A DNA stretch of 64,000 nt from a bacterium (GTDB lineage Bacteria > RBG-13-61-14 > DATKZS01): the NCBI GenBank assembly GCA_963674965.2, contig CAXXFL010000001.1:1376001-1440000 (forward strand), given 5' to 3'. Numbering within the stretch: the stretch's first letter is position 1; every line of letters begins with the position of its first letter. A program made the translations under genes and the position numbers. Under the pieces are notes generated by a model. The model had not been told where the DNA came from. It ran no database searches and saw only the letters and a program-made list of their open reading frames with translations. Positions 9,452 through 20,027 of the stretch are shown in pieces.

Positions 9452-10411
9452 ATGAACCAGGTCCTTACCAACGACGAACTCGGCGCGCTGCTCGACTCCA
9501 AAAAAGTCGAGGAGGGCCGCTCCACCAAAAAGGAGCGCGAGACGTCCATTTGGCCCTTCAAGCTGGGCAAGGTCAAGGAGGAAGAGGCCAGGTCCTATCC
9601 CTGCCTCGAGGAGGCCCTGACCGAGATGAGCTACGAGATCGGGGCGGTAATGGCCCAGTACTCGGGCCGCGAGGTGTCCTGCCAGTTCATGGAGATCGAG
9701 ACCTTCAAGGTCACGGAAGTGGCCGAGCGCTCGCCCAATTGGGCCATGGCCGCCCGGCTCGGCTTGGAAGGACGCAAGGAACCTGGTTTTATCGCCATAG
9801 ACAAAAAGTTTTTTTATTGCATTTTCGAGGCCAGGATGGGAGGAGACGGCTCGGGAGAACCTGGCCCCGAAAAGCAGCTCACGCCCATCGAGGAAAAAGC
9901 GGCGAACGAGATAGCCGAGCCCATCTCGGCCGCGCACTCGGCCATATGGAAAAAGCTTCTGAACGTAAAAATCACGAGCGCCGGCGTGGAACAGTCTCCA
10001 CGATGGGGCGTGGGAGTGGACGAGGACCTCGAGATAGCCCGCGCCAGGTTCAGGCTCAACATGGCGAATATCGAGGGCGACCTGTCAATATTCCTTCCTC
10101 GAGCGCTGCTTGACGGGCTGCCCCATCGGCAGAAAAAGAAAAAGGAAGACCCGAAAAAAATCGAAAAGCCGGCCAGCCCTAAAATGTTCGAGAACCTGGC
10201 GGACGTTTCCGTAACCGTGTCCGCGGATTTCGGTAGCGCCGAGATCACCGTAAGAAAACTGCTCGAGCTGAAGGCCGGCGACACCCTGATGCTTGCCTCC
10301 GGCAAGGACCAGAAAATCGAGATCAGCGCCGAGGGCCGCGTCCTGTTCAATGGCCAGTGCGGCGTGTCCAACCACAAGAAGGCAGTGAAAATAATCGGCC
10401 TTCCAAAATAA
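9452..10411 (+). CDS. fliM: Flagellar motor switch protein FliM
   Basis: N-terminal VLTNDELGALL (CheY-binding-like), LTPIE, C-terminal SpoA domain; synteny. Confidence 0.85.
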   Translation: MNQVLTNDELGALLDSKKVEEGRSTKKERETSIWPFKLGKVKEEEARSYPCLEEALTEMSYEIGAVMAQYSGREVSCQFMEIETFKVTEVAERSPNWAMAARLGLEGRKEPGFIAIDKKFFYCIFEARMGGDGSGEPGPEKQLTPIEEKAANEIAEPISAAHSAIWKKLLNVKITSAGVEQSPRWGVGVDEDLEIARARFRLNMANIEGDLSIFLPRALLDGLPHRQKKKKEDPKKIEKPASPKMFENLADVSVTVSADFGSAEITVRKLLELKAGDTLMLASGKDQKIEISAEGRVLFNGQCGVSNHKKAVKIIGLPK

Positions 10412-10432
10412 AAGGAAAAAGAGGCTAATAAA

Positions 10433-10798
10433 ATGGCGGAAACAAGCGACAACGTGAAGACGGCAACGGACGCTAAAAAGGCCCCGGCGCCGCAAGTCCC
10501 GAGGCAGTCAGGCGCGGACGGGCAGCCGGTCATGCGGCTGCTCATGGACATTCCCCTGACCCTGCGCGTGGAACTGGGCAGCACCAGGATTCCGGTACGG
10601 GACCTCCTCCGTTACCAGGAGGGGGAAGTCATCGAGCTGGACCAGGACGAGAACGACGCCCTGGACGTTTACGTCAACGACAAGCTCATCGCCAGGGGCG
10701 AGCCGGTGGTGGTGGACGGCAAGGTCGGCCTCAGACTGACCGAGGTCGTGAGCGCGGCCGAGCGCCTCGAGAACATCAACGAGGGCGGCCCGAAATGA
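10433..10798 (+). CDS. fliN: Flagellar motor switch protein FliN
   Basis: MDIPLTLRVELG...IARGEPVVVDGKVGLRLTE SpoA domain. Confidence 0.93.
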   Translation: MAETSDNVKTATDAKKAPAPQVPRQSGADGQPVMRLLMDIPLTLRVELGSTRIPVRDLLRYQEGEVIELDQDENDALDVYVNDKLIARGEPVVVDGKVGLRLTEVVSAAERLENINEGGPK

Positions 10799-11526
10799 AA
10801 TTCCTCGTCCACAATTCGGTCGGGACCGCGGGCGTAAAAATTTGGCCCATCGCCGCCCTGGTCATCGCCGCCCTTACCATGCCCTTATTAGGCCGAGCGG
10901 CGGATTTTTCCCTCGCCTCTCCCGATGAAGAGGCGAGCGAACGCGTCGCGAACCCAAGTGACGCCGCGCCCGGCGAGGGAGAAAGCGGCGTGAAGGAATT
11001 GCTTCTGGACGGGCGCGAGGCCGGCCGCGGCCCCATGATTTCCGGGCTTGGCAAGGACGCCCCGTCCGCGGCCTCGGGCGGCGGCAAGGCGGCGGCCTTT
11101 ATATTTATCTTCAGTCTCGCCGCCATGGGGACCATGTTCTATTACCGGAAAAAAGCCGCGAACGGCGAGGTCCCGGCCCAGAAGATCAAGGTCGTCTCCT
11201 GCGCCAGCATCGGGAAGGGACAAAGAATTATCGTCATCGACGTGAACGGCTCGAGGCTTTTAATCGGCGCCACCGACCGGAGCGTCAACCTGCTCCAGAA
11301 GCTGGAGAACGACGCGAAGGCGCCCGCGCTCCCGTCCGCGGTCCCGGCCACCGCCTCATCGAGCCGGGACGCGGCGACGGCGACCGGAAAATCCCCCGCC
11401 AACGCCTTTGAAAAGATGCTCGGCTCATACGCGGCGGCGGCCGGGAGGGCCGGGGAAAAAACGGCCCGGCCGCGGGCGCCGGGGCTGGCCGCCAGGCTCG
11501 AGAAAGTAAAAAGGATAGCGAGCTGA
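10795..11526 (+). CDS. fliO: Flagellar biosynthesis protein FliO/FliZ
   Basis: TM followed by IKVVS...IGKGQRIIVIDV..RLLIGAT..VNLL; lies between fliN and fliP. Confidence 0.8.
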   Translation: MKFLVHNSVGTAGVKIWPIAALVIAALTMPLLGRAADFSLASPDEEASERVANPSDAAPGEGESGVKELLLDGREAGRGPMISGLGKDAPSAASGGGKAAAFIFIFSLAAMGTMFYYRKKAANGEVPAQKIKVVSCASIGKGQRIIVIDVNGSRLLIGATDRSVNLLQKLENDAKAPALPSAVPATASSSRDAATATGKSPANAFEKMLGSYAAAAGRAGEKTARPRAPGLAARLEKVKRIAS

Positions 11527-12281
11527 TGAAGAATAAAAAGAAATGGCTGAGGCTACTCGTCCTGGTCCTGGCGATCGGGGGGACCGCCCTGTTCGCGTCG
11601 CCCGCCCGCGGCGGAGACGGCATCCAGCTCTCGATCAAGGGAGACGAGGCCGTCGAGTTCTCGAGCGCCGTCAAGCTCATGCTCCTTATTACCGCGCTCA
11701 CTTTCGCCCCCGCCGTGCTCTTGACCATGACCTCCTTCGTTCGCCTTATCGTGGTCTTCAGCTTCCTGAGACAGGCCATGGGTCTGCAGCAGACCCCTCC
11801 CACCCAGGTCCTGGTCGGACTCTCGGTGATACTGACGTTCTTTATCATGAAGCCCACCTGGGACCAGCTCAGCGAGCGCGCCGTGGTCCCATATCGAAAC
11901 GGAAACATGACCGAGCGGGAGGCCATGGCCGCGGCGTCCGTGCCCCTCAAGGAGTTCATGGCCAGGAACACTCGGGAAAAGGACCTGATGCTCTTCATGG
12001 AAGTGGCCCATACCCCCGCGGTCAACGACGTGCAGGAAGTGCCCATGACCGTGCTGGTCCCGGCCTTCATGATCAGCGAGCTCAAGACCGCCTTCCAGAT
12101 AGGCTTCATGATCTACATACCATTCCTGGTCATAGACATCGTCGTGGCCTCGGTGCTGCTCTCGATGGGAATGCTGGTGCTGCCGCCGGTGGTTATATCT
12201 CTTCCCTTCAAGTTGATGATATTCGTGCTGGTGGACGGCTGGAACCTGATCGTTGCCTCCATGATCCAGAGCTTCGGATAA
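11526..12281 (+). CDS. fliP: Flagellar export gate FliP
   Basis: MTSFVR, LRQAMGLQQTPP, PAFMISELKTAFQIGF, FVLVDGW. Confidence 0.97.
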   Translation: MKNKKKWLRLLVLVLAIGGTALFASPARGGDGIQLSIKGDEAVEFSSAVKLMLLITALTFAPAVLLTMTSFVRLIVVFSFLRQAMGLQQTPPTQVLVGLSVILTFFIMKPTWDQLSERAVVPYRNGNMTEREAMAAASVPLKEFMARNTREKDLMLFMEVAHTPAVNDVQEVPMTVLVPAFMISELKTAFQIGFMIYIPFLVIDIVVASVLLSMGMLVLPPVVISLPFKLMIFVLVDGWNLIVASMIQSFG

Positions 12282-12295
12282 GGGAGCGGGAGAAA

Positions 12296-12565
12296 ATGAC
12301 GGAAGAATTCATAAATACTATCGCCCAGGACGCCTTTATGGTTTCTCTTCTGGTGGGGGCCCCCGCCCTGGTGGCCGGGCTTGCCATCGGCCTTAGCATA
12401 AGCCTTGTCCAGGCCCTGACCCAGATTAACGAGATGACCCTGGTTTTCATACCCAAGATTCTGGGCATATTCATCGCCCTCATGATCTTCGGGCCCTGGA
12501 TGCTTAGGACCATGCTCGATTTCACCCAGCGCATGTTCGCCCAGGCCTCGATGGTGGGGTTCTGA
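12296..12565 (+). CDS. fliQ: Flagellar export gate FliQ
   Basis: 89 aa; ISLVQALTQINEMTLVFIPKI, GPWML (internal ATG of the track ORF 11543-12565). Confidence 0.95.
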   Translation: MTEEFINTIAQDAFMVSLLVGAPALVAGLAIGLSISLVQALTQINEMTLVFIPKILGIFIALMIFGPWMLRTMLDFTQRMFAQASMVGF

Positions 12566-13344
12566 TGATCCACGTCCCGCCCATGACGACCATCCTGGCC
12601 TTCGTACTTATCATGGGCCGGGTGGCCGCCATCATCTCCACCGTTCCCATGCTGGGGGCCGGTTTCCTGCCCAAGAAGGTCATCGTGCTCATGAGCGCCG
12701 CCCTTTCCCTGGCGCTGCTGGACGTCGGGGGGGCCGCGCCGGTCCCCGGGATGGACGCCATCGGACTGGCCTCGGCCATGGCCGGCGAGGTGGGACTGGG
12801 ACTATTGATCGGGATCATGGTGAAGATTTTCATGGGCGCCCTCAGCATGGGCGGACAGGCCTCGGGCATCCAGATGGGGATCGGCATAGCCAACGTCATG
12901 AATCCCCAGACCCACTCGTCCATCTCCCTGGTGGCCAACTTCCAGTATTATCTGGCCCTGCTCGTCTTCCTGGCCCTGGACTTCCATCACGTCATCATCA
13001 GGAGCCTGGCCATGAGCCTCGAGCTGGCGCCGGCCGGAAGCGTCCGGTTCGACTTCGCCGTTCTGGCCGACCTCGTCTTCGGCTTTTCGTCGTTCATGGT
13101 CATAGCCATCAGGCTGGCCGCGCCCATCATCGCCACCATCTTTTTCTGCCACGTGGTCCTGGCCATCATCGCCAAGGCCGCGCCCCAATTGAACGCGTAC
13201 TTTTCCGTCGGGCTCACCTCGAACGTGGTGGTCGGCCTGACGGCGGTCGTAATGTCCATGCCGCTCTGGATTCGGGAGACGGCCCTTGGCGCCGACGGGC
13301 TGGGCCAAATCATCGAGTCCATCGCCATGAGCGTGTGGAGATAG
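12565..13344 (+). CDS. fliR: Flagellar export gate FliR
   Basis: Hydrophobic; QMGIG..NVMNP, FLALDFHH, KAAPQLN. Confidence 0.92.
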   Translation: MIHVPPMTTILAFVLIMGRVAAIISTVPMLGAGFLPKKVIVLMSAALSLALLDVGGAAPVPGMDAIGLASAMAGEVGLGLLIGIMVKIFMGALSMGGQASGIQMGIGIANVMNPQTHSSISLVANFQYYLALLVFLALDFHHVIIRSLAMSLELAPAGSVRFDFAVLADLVFGFSSFMVIAIRLAAPIIATIFFCHVVLAIIAKAAPQLNAYFSVGLTSNVVVGLTAVVMSMPLWIRETALGADGLGQIIESIAMSVWR

Positions 13345-13348
13345 AAAA

Positions 13349-14401
13349 ATGTCGGAGAGCTTCGAGGAAAAAACCGAACAACCTACCCAAAAGAAGCTCG
13401 AGAGGGCTCGGGAAAAAGGGCAGGTGGCGCAGAGCAAGGAAGTGGGGGCCATCATTACCCTGGCCGCCCTGCTTCTTTACTTCGCCGTTTCGGGGGACGC
13501 TCTCTGGTCGGGACTCGAGTCGGTCGCGAGACGTTCCTTTATCGTCGCCGGCGACGCGAAGACTCAGATACCTCCGGGCTTCATCGAGTCGCTGATAAGG
13601 CATACCTTCTCGATCATGATTCCGCCCTTCGCCCTGGTCTTCGCCTTCGGGCTCGGCAACGGGCTTCTCCAGACGGGCGTGGCCTTCTCGACTCACCCGC
13701 TCGAGCCCGACCTGAACAAGATCAACCCCATCTCGGGCCTGAAAAAGATATTCGGGTGGAGGGGAATCTTCGAGGTCGTAAAGTCCGCTTTCAAAATGGG
13801 CGGCATCGTGGCCATAGCCTGGTTCGCCGTCGAGAAGATTCTGTCCGTCCTCATGAACGCCCACGGCGCGTCCCTCGAGTCCTTGTTCTCGCTGGCCTCG
13901 TGGTCCGTGCTCAGCCTGGCCTTCAAGTTCACGCTCTTTCTCGGGACCCTGGCCGCCATCGACTACGGTTTCCAGAAATGGCAGTTCGAGCGCGACCAGC
14001 GCATGACCAAGCAGGAGGTCCGGGAGGAGTACAAGGAGGACGAGGGAGACCCACAGATCAAGGCCCGGCGCAGGAGACTCCAGCGCGAGATGAGCATGAA
14101 CCGCATGCTTACCATGGTCCCCCGCGCCGACGTGGTCGTCACCAACCCCACCCATTACGCCGTGGCCCTGAAATACGACAAGGCCAAGAACCGGGCCCCC
14201 GTGGTCGTGGCCAAGGGCGCGGGCGAGATAGCGAAAAAGATTCGCGAGATAGCTTACAAGCACGGCATACCCCGGGTGGAAAAACCCGAGGTGGCCAGGA
14301 TGCTTTACCGCAAGGTGGACGTGGGCAAGGAAATTCCCGAGGCCCTTTACAAGGCCGTGGCGGAGATACTCGCCTACGTGTACAAGCTGAGGAGAGGATA
14401 G
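13349..14401 (+). CDS. flhB: Flagellar export protein FlhB
   Basis: EKTEQPTQKKLERAREKGQV; NPTH autocleavage motif. Confidence 0.97.
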   Translation: MSESFEEKTEQPTQKKLERAREKGQVAQSKEVGAIITLAALLLYFAVSGDALWSGLESVARRSFIVAGDAKTQIPPGFIESLIRHTFSIMIPPFALVFAFGLGNGLLQTGVAFSTHPLEPDLNKINPISGLKKIFGWRGIFEVVKSAFKMGGIVAIAWFAVEKILSVLMNAHGASLESLFSLASWSVLSLAFKFTLFLGTLAAIDYGFQKWQFERDQRMTKQEVREEYKEDEGDPQIKARRRRLQREMSMNRMLTMVPRADVVVTNPTHYAVALKYDKAKNRAPVVVAKGAGEIAKKIREIAYKHGIPRVEKPEVARMLYRKVDVGKEIPEALYKAVAEILAYVYKLRRG

Positions 14402-14404
14402 GCC

Positions 14405-16480
14405 ATGGCCGCCTCGAGCGCATTTTCCGCGAGACTGGCCTGGGTGGCCAAAAACTCGGACCTCATGGTCGGGCTCGGGCTGGTGGGCGTTTTGGGCATT
14501 ATGATCGTGCCCCTTCCCCCGGTCATTCTCGACTCCCTTCTGGCGGTCAACATCACCCTCAGCCTGCTGGTCATCATGGTCGCCATTTACCTGACCCGCA
14601 TTCTCGAGTTCTCCGCCTTCCCTTCCCTCCTGCTTATCGCCACGCTGTTTCGGCTTTCCCTGAACGTGGCCTCGACCAGGCTCATCCTGCTCCACGGGCA
14701 CGAGGGACCGACGGCGGCCGGCCAAGTGATCAAAAGCTTCGGCGGCTTCGTGGTGGGCGGGAACTACGTGATCGGCATCATCATCTTCCTGATCCTGGTG
14801 CTGGTCAACTTCATCGTCATCACCAAGGGCGCCGGGCGCGTGGCCGAGGTCGCGGCCCGGTTCACTTTGGACGCCATGCCGGGCAAGCAGATGGCCATCG
14901 ACGCGGACCTCAACGCGGGACTCATCAACGAGACCTCGGCGCGGGAGAGGAGGCGGGTGGTCGAGATGGAGGCCGACTTCTACGGGGCCATGGACGGCGC
15001 CAGCAAGTTCGTCCGAGGCGACGCCATCGCCGGCATACTTATCACCGCCATCAACATCATCGGCGGGCTGCTCATCGGCATCCTTCAAAGGAACATGGCC
15101 CTGGGCGACGCGCTGCAAAACTACACCATGCTGACGGTGGGCGACGGACTGGTCTCCCAGATTCCGGCCCTGATCGTCTCGACCGCCGCCGGCGTCATAG
15201 TCACCCGCGTGGCCCAGGAGTCGAACCTGGGCGAGGACCTGAGCGGACAGCTCTTTCCCAACCCCCGGGCGGTGGCCCTGGCTTCCTTCATCCTTTTCGG
15301 CATGGCCATCATGCCCGGCCTTCCCTTTTTGCCCTTCTTCCTGATGGGGTCCCTGACCGGGGGCATGGCCTACTTCATGCCCAAAAAGGAAGAGACCGAG
15401 GTAAAACAGGCGGAGCGGGAAATGACGCCCGCCGAGCGGGAGGGGGCGGCCCTCGAGCAGATGCTGGCGCTGGACGCCCTCGAGCTCGAGGTCGGCTACG
15501 GACTGATTTCCCTGGTGGACGCCAAGCAGGACGGCGAGCTTCTCGAGCGCATCAAGATGATCCGCAAGCAGTTCGCCAAGGACAAGGGCATCATCATTCC
15601 CCAAATACACATCCGGGACAACCTCCAGCTTAAGCAGAGTTCCTACCGCATCGTGCTCAAGGGCATACCCATCGGGGAAGGCGAACTCATGCTCAAGCAC
15701 TGGCTGGCCATGAAGCCAACGGCCGGAGGGGGCGAGATAGACGGCATGCCCGCCAACGAGCCCATCTTCGGCCTGCCCGCCGTCTGGATAAGCGACAAGG
15801 ACAAGGACAAGGCCATAAGACTTGGCTACACGGTGGTCAACAACGCCACCATCGTTGCCACTCATTTATCGGAGACCATCAAGCAGAACGCCCACGAGCT
15901 TCTGGGCCGGACCGAGCTTCAGGAGCTTCTTGACTTCGTTCGGCGCGACTGCCCGAGGCTGGTGGAGGAGCTTATACCCGACCCGCTTCCGCTGGGAGTC
16001 GCTCTCCGGGTGCTTCGCAACCTCCTCAAGGAGGGCCTTTCCATCCGCAATCTCCAGGGCATCCTCGAGGTCCTCTCCGAGAACGCCTACAAGACCAAGG
16101 ACCCGGACGTTCTTTCCGAGACCGTTCGCGTTGCCATGTCCAAGGGCCTAATCCAGGGTCTTCGCGGGCCCGACGGCGCGGTCCGGGTGATGATGCTCGA
16201 GCCGGCCATGGAGGAGGAACTTTTAAGGAGCGTGCAGTCAACCGATACGGGCCTTTCACTCGCGCCCGCTCCTCAAACGGCCAAGCGTCTGGTGGCTTCC
16301 CTCGAGAGGGAGGGCCAGAAAATGATCGACCAAAGCTACACGCCCATCCTGGTCTGCTCGCCCAGGATAAGGCTTCCCTTGAAGCGGGCCGTGGAGAAGA
16401 TGATGCCCATGCTGGTCGTCGTCTCCCACGCGGAACTCGACGCGTCGGTTCCGGTAATAACGACAAGCGTGGTGGGATGA
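14405..16480 (+). CDS. flhA: Flagellar export protein FlhA
   Basis: RVAEVAARFTLDAMPGKQMAIDADL, FYGAMDGASKFVRGDA. Confidence 0.98.
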   Translation: MAASSAFSARLAWVAKNSDLMVGLGLVGVLGIMIVPLPPVILDSLLAVNITLSLLVIMVAIYLTRILEFSAFPSLLLIATLFRLSLNVASTRLILLHGHEGPTAAGQVIKSFGGFVVGGNYVIGIIIFLILVLVNFIVITKGAGRVAEVAARFTLDAMPGKQMAIDADLNAGLINETSARERRRVVEMEADFYGAMDGASKFVRGDAIAGILITAINIIGGLLIGILQRNMALGDALQNYTMLTVGDGLVSQIPALIVSTAAGVIVTRVAQESNLGEDLSGQLFPNPRAVALASFILFGMAIMPGLPFLPFFLMGSLTGGMAYFMPKKEETEVKQAEREMTPAEREGAALEQMLALDALELEVGYGLISLVDAKQDGELLERIKMIRKQFAKDKGIIIPQIHIRDNLQLKQSSYRIVLKGIPIGEGELMLKHWLAMKPTAGGGEIDGMPANEPIFGLPAVWISDKDKDKAIRLGYTVVNNATIVATHLSETIKQNAHELLGRTELQELLDFVRRDCPRLVEELIPDPLPLGVALRVLRNLLKEGLSIRNLQGILEVLSENAYKTKDPDVLSETVRVAMSKGLIQGLRGPDGAVRVMMLEPAMEEELLRSVQSTDTGLSLAPAPQTAKRLVASLEREGQKMIDQSYTPILVCSPRIRLPLKRAVEKMMPMLVVVSHAELDASVPVITTSVVG

Positions 16481-16484
16481 AGTC

Positions 16485-17717
16485 ATGAGAATGAAAACGT
16501 ACGCGGCGGACACGATGGAGGAGGCCCTGGGCCTCATCAAGAGGGAGATGGGCCCCGAGGCCGTCATTCTTAACGCCCGGCACCTCGAGGAGCCCGGCCC
16601 CCTCGGCATGTACACGAGAAAACGGGTCGAGGTCACGGCCGCCATCGACAGGGGCGAGACGGCGAGAACGGTTGCCCCGAGCGCCCTCGACGAGGCGGTG
16701 CGCGGGGCCATAGGCACATACGCCTCCACCGGCCGGCCAAGCGGGAGGGAAGTGGCCAGAGACCGCTCTATTAAAATTAACGGCGCGGGCGAGACCGTTT
16801 CCGGACCTTCCCGCGTCTCCATTGCCAACGACGACGTGGCCAGGGAAATCAAGGCCATCCGGGCGGGCATGGAGGAACTCAAAAAGAGCCTTTCCAACGA
16901 GGGCGGCGCCGGCAGGAACGGCGGCCTTCTGGATTTTCTCACCGGCTCGGGAGTGTCCGGCGAGCTGGCCTCCCGCGTGTGCGGGTTCCTGGAGGGAGAG
17001 TCGGCCAAAATAGGAGACCCCACCATCGACCCGGCCAGGCTTAAAAACAAAATGGCCCGCATAATCAAGACGGCCGGACCCATAGCGCCCGGCGCCGGAG
17101 AGACCAGGTGGATCGCCCTGGTCGGGCCCACCGGCGTGGGCAAGACCACCACGGCGGCCAAGCTGGCCGCCGGCCTGGCCTTGGCCGAGGGCGCCAGGGT
17201 GGCCCTGGCCACTACCGATACCTACAGGATCGGGGCGGTCGACCAGCTCCAGATTTTCGCCGACATCATGGACGTACCCCTCCACGTGCTGCGCGGGCCC
17301 GAGGACGTGATGAGGACGAGAAGGGAGCTGGCCGAGTACAAGTTCGTTCTGGTCGACACCTCGGGGCGGTCGCCGCTTGACGTCAACGCCACCTCCGAAA
17401 TCAAGTGGCTAAGGCACGCCAACCCCGCGGCCGAGGCCCACCTGGTGCTCAGCGCCGCCTCCAGCCGGGAGGCGCAAAACGCCGCCATCGACGCCTTCAA
17501 GGCGGCGGGAGCGGCCAAGCTGATCTTTACCAAGCTCGACGAGACCACCAAAAGGGGCGGCATACTCGACGCCTACTGGCGGGCCAAGAGACCCATCAGC
17601 TACGTGTGTCACGGCCAGAGGGTGCCCGACGACCTTACCGCCGCGACCTCCGCCCTGGTGCTCGACTGGATTTTCCCCGCGAAAAACAAAATTACCCTCG
17701 CGGCTAACGCTATTTAA
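16485..17717 (+). CDS. flhF: SRP-type GTPase FlhF
   Basis: GPTGVGKTTTAAKLA, DTYRIGA, DTSGR, TKLDE, GQRVPDD. Confidence 0.95.
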   Translation: MRMKTYAADTMEEALGLIKREMGPEAVILNARHLEEPGPLGMYTRKRVEVTAAIDRGETARTVAPSALDEAVRGAIGTYASTGRPSGREVARDRSIKINGAGETVSGPSRVSIANDDVAREIKAIRAGMEELKKSLSNEGGAGRNGGLLDFLTGSGVSGELASRVCGFLEGESAKIGDPTIDPARLKNKMARIIKTAGPIAPGAGETRWIALVGPTGVGKTTTAAKLAAGLALAEGARVALATTDTYRIGAVDQLQIFADIMDVPLHVLRGPEDVMRTRRELAEYKFVLVDTSGRSPLDVNATSEIKWLRHANPAAEAHLVLSAASSREAQNAAIDAFKAAGAAKLIFTKLDETTKRGGILDAYWRAKRPISYVCHGQRVPDDLTAATSALVLDWIFPAKNKITLAANAI

Positions 17718-17722
17718 GGAGA

Positions 17723-18619
17723 ATGAAGATGGACCAAGCCGACGGATTGAGAGAAATGGCGACCCTGATGCAGACCAAGTTCAACCAGGTCATGAACTCG
17801 AGGGGAGAACTGCCCAGGGTTATGGCCGTGACCAGCGGCAAAGGCGGAGTGGGTAAAACCAACGTTACCGTCAACCTGGCCGTGGCCATGGGAAAACTGG
17901 GAAAACGCGTCCTCATCCTCGACGCCGACCTCAGCCTGGGCAACGTGGACGTGCTGCTCGGCCTTACCCCCAAGTACACGCTGGACGACGTCATTAACGG
18001 CGACCGACGAGTATCGGAGGTCATGGTCGAGGGACCGGACGGGGTCATGATATTGCCGGCGGCCAACGGCATCCGCGAGCTGACAACGTTGGGGGCCACT
18101 CAGCGGACGGCCCTGCTCGAGAGACTCGATCCCCTTTCCAGGGACTTCGACGTGGTCCTCCTCGATACGGCGCCCGGCATCTCGAGCAACGTTATATTCT
18201 TCGCCCTGCTCGCCGAGGAGATAACCGTGATCATTTCTCCCGAGCCTTACTCCCTTACCGACAGCTACGCCCTTATAAAGGTCCTCAGCCGGGACCACGC
18301 TCACCGCCGGTTCAGGGTCCTGGTTAACATGGCCAAATCGGCCAACGAGGGTCTTACGGTTTTCCGCAAGCTGGCGCGGGTCACGGACCAGTACCTGGAC
18401 GTCAGTATGGACTATCTTGGCTGCGTACCCCACGACGAGATGCTTACCGAGGCGGTCCTCAAGCAGGCGGCCGTGGTTGACGCCTTCCCCAGGGCGAGGT
18501 CGAGCCGCGTCTTTTCCGAGGTGGCCAGGCGCATGATCAACCATCCCTTTGGGGAGCCGCTGCTGGGCAAACTCGAGCTTTTCAGGGGGGCCGGCAACGG
18601 GGCCGTCTCGGCCGTTTGA
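17723..18619 (+). CDS. flhG: MinD-like ATPase FlhG/FleN
   Basis: MDQADGLR N-terminus, SGKGGVGKT deviant Walker A; follows flhF. Confidence 0.93.
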   Translation: MKMDQADGLREMATLMQTKFNQVMNSRGELPRVMAVTSGKGGVGKTNVTVNLAVAMGKLGKRVLILDADLSLGNVDVLLGLTPKYTLDDVINGDRRVSEVMVEGPDGVMILPAANGIRELTTLGATQRTALLERLDPLSRDFDVVLLDTAPGISSNVIFFALLAEEITVIISPEPYSLTDSYALIKVLSRDHAHRRFRVLVNMAKSANEGLTVFRKLARVTDQYLDVSMDYLGCVPHDEMLTEAVLKQAAVVDAFPRARSSRVFSEVARRMINHPFGEPLLGKLELFRGAGNGAVSAV

Positions 18620-18644
18620 GGAATCGATCTACAAGGAACGCGTG

Positions 18645-19397
18645 ATGATCATGAGAAACATATCGAGCGTTTACGGAGAGGCGGCCGACTCTTGCGCTGC
18701 CTCCGAGCGCGACCGGCTTATCGTTGACCACCTTTACCTTGTGAAGTTCGTGGCCCGCCGGGTCATGGACCGTCATTATCCGCCGGTGGAGCTTGACGAT
18801 TTAATCAGCGCCGGGACGTTGGGTCTTCTCGACGCGGTGGAAAAGTTCTGCCCCGAGAATGGGGTCCAGTTCTCGACCTACGCCGAGCACCGGATTCGGG
18901 GCTCGATCCTGGACTTCATCCGCAAGTGGAGCTGGGCGCCGAGAAAGGTATACAAGAAGGCCAAAGATTTCGAGAAGGCCGTCCTCGAGCTCGAGGGCGA
19001 GCTGGGCCGGGCGCCCGACGACGGCGAGATAGCCGACAAGCTGGGCATCTCCCTCGAGGAATACCACGAGGCGGTCGGCCAGTTCGCCGGCATCAAGGTG
19101 GTGCCCCTCGAGGAAACCATCGCCCCCGATCTCGGGCCGACGGCCGAATTGAATGGCGTCCCCTCACCCGACGCCCTCGAGATGATCGAGGACAAGGAAC
19201 TGAAAAGAAAACTCGCCCTGTCCATAGCGGACCTGCCCGAGAAGGAAAAAATGGTCGTGGCCCTTTATTACCAGGAAGAACTGACCTTTCGGGAAATAGC
19301 CGAGGTGCTCGAGGTCACCGAGTCCCGCGTCTGTCAGATACATTCCCAGGCGGTCATCCGGCTGCGCTCGAAAATGAGACCGTTCATCGAGTCATAG
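18645..19397 (+). CDS. fliA: RNA polymerase sigma-28 factor FliA
   Basis: DDLISAG..GLLDAVEKF, YAEHRIRGSILD, LYYQEELT..EIAEVLEVTESRVCQIH. Confidence 0.95.
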   Translation: MIMRNISSVYGEAADSCAASERDRLIVDHLYLVKFVARRVMDRHYPPVELDDLISAGTLGLLDAVEKFCPENGVQFSTYAEHRIRGSILDFIRKWSWAPRKVYKKAKDFEKAVLELEGELGRAPDDGEIADKLGISLEEYHEAVGQFAGIKVVPLEETIAPDLGPTAELNGVPSPDALEMIEDKELKRKLALSIADLPEKEKMVVALYYQEELTFREIAEVLEVTESRVCQIHSQAVIRLRSKMRPFIES

Positions 19398-19408
19398 GGG
19401 AGAAGAAA

Positions 19409-19903
19409 ATGAACTTTGCGCTCATGCTTTTGCTTTTCACCAACCTGGCCTGGACCTTCGCGCTTACCCTCAAGTACTTGCTCGATCAGAAAAAGGGCGT
19501 GGCCGCCCTGGACGAGAAGGCCCGTGAGCTCGAGGCCCTTTCCGCTACGGTGTGCGATCTTCTCGAGGAGTCGGAGGCGGCGGCTCAGCGGCTGTCGGCC
19601 ATGCTGGACTCGAGGATGAAGGACGCCTCGAAGGCCTGCGCCGTTTTGGTCGAGGTCAATAAAAAGGCCGCGAGGAAGGCCATCCAGATCAAGACCGAGA
19701 TCGAGGAGAAGACCGAGGCCAGAAAGAAGGGCCGCTTCGCCCGGGCCCTGGACCTTGCCCGGGGCGGTAAGGACCCGGACTCGATCTCGAGCGCTTCTTG
19801 TATCACCAGGGGCGAGGCCTCGCTTATCGTTAACCTGGCCGAATACAAAAAGAGGATGGGAGATAATTGCCCCTTCGTGCAAAAGGTTCCCACCCCGGAA
19901 TGA
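19409..19903 (+). CDS. Flagellar-operon membrane protein with coiled coil and C-terminal HTH-like region (DUF2802/DUF6115-like)
   Basis: N-terminal TM, coiled coil, ALDLARGG...ITRGEASLIVNL; directly after fliA. Confidence 0.6.
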   Translation: MNFALMLLLFTNLAWTFALTLKYLLDQKKGVAALDEKARELEALSATVCDLLEESEAAAQRLSAMLDSRMKDASKACAVLVEVNKKAARKAIQIKTEIEEKTEARKKGRFARALDLARGGKDPDSISSASCITRGEASLIVNLAEYKKRMGDNCPFVQKVPTPE

Positions 19904-19986
19904 GCGGGTGAGGTTGGACACTTTCTTTTATCGTCACATAAGGCTGAAAACTTTAGGAAAAATATTTTCGATTAAAAAGACCCTCC

Positions 19987-20002
19987 CGGCACGCGGGTTG
20001 CT
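19987..20002 (+). promoter_or_regulatory. sigma54 promoter of flgF operon
   Basis: CGGCACGCGGGTTGCT, GG-N10-GC, with an AT-rich tract upstream. Confidence 0.8.
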
Positions 20003-20027
20003 TTTAAAAAAGACGAGGTAATAAGAA

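Noticed and set aside
13310-15865. 851-aa antisense ORF over flhB/flhA and many similar long shadow ORFs
   Set aside because: Expected by-product of GC-rich codon usage opposite well-conserved genes; no recognisable motifs.
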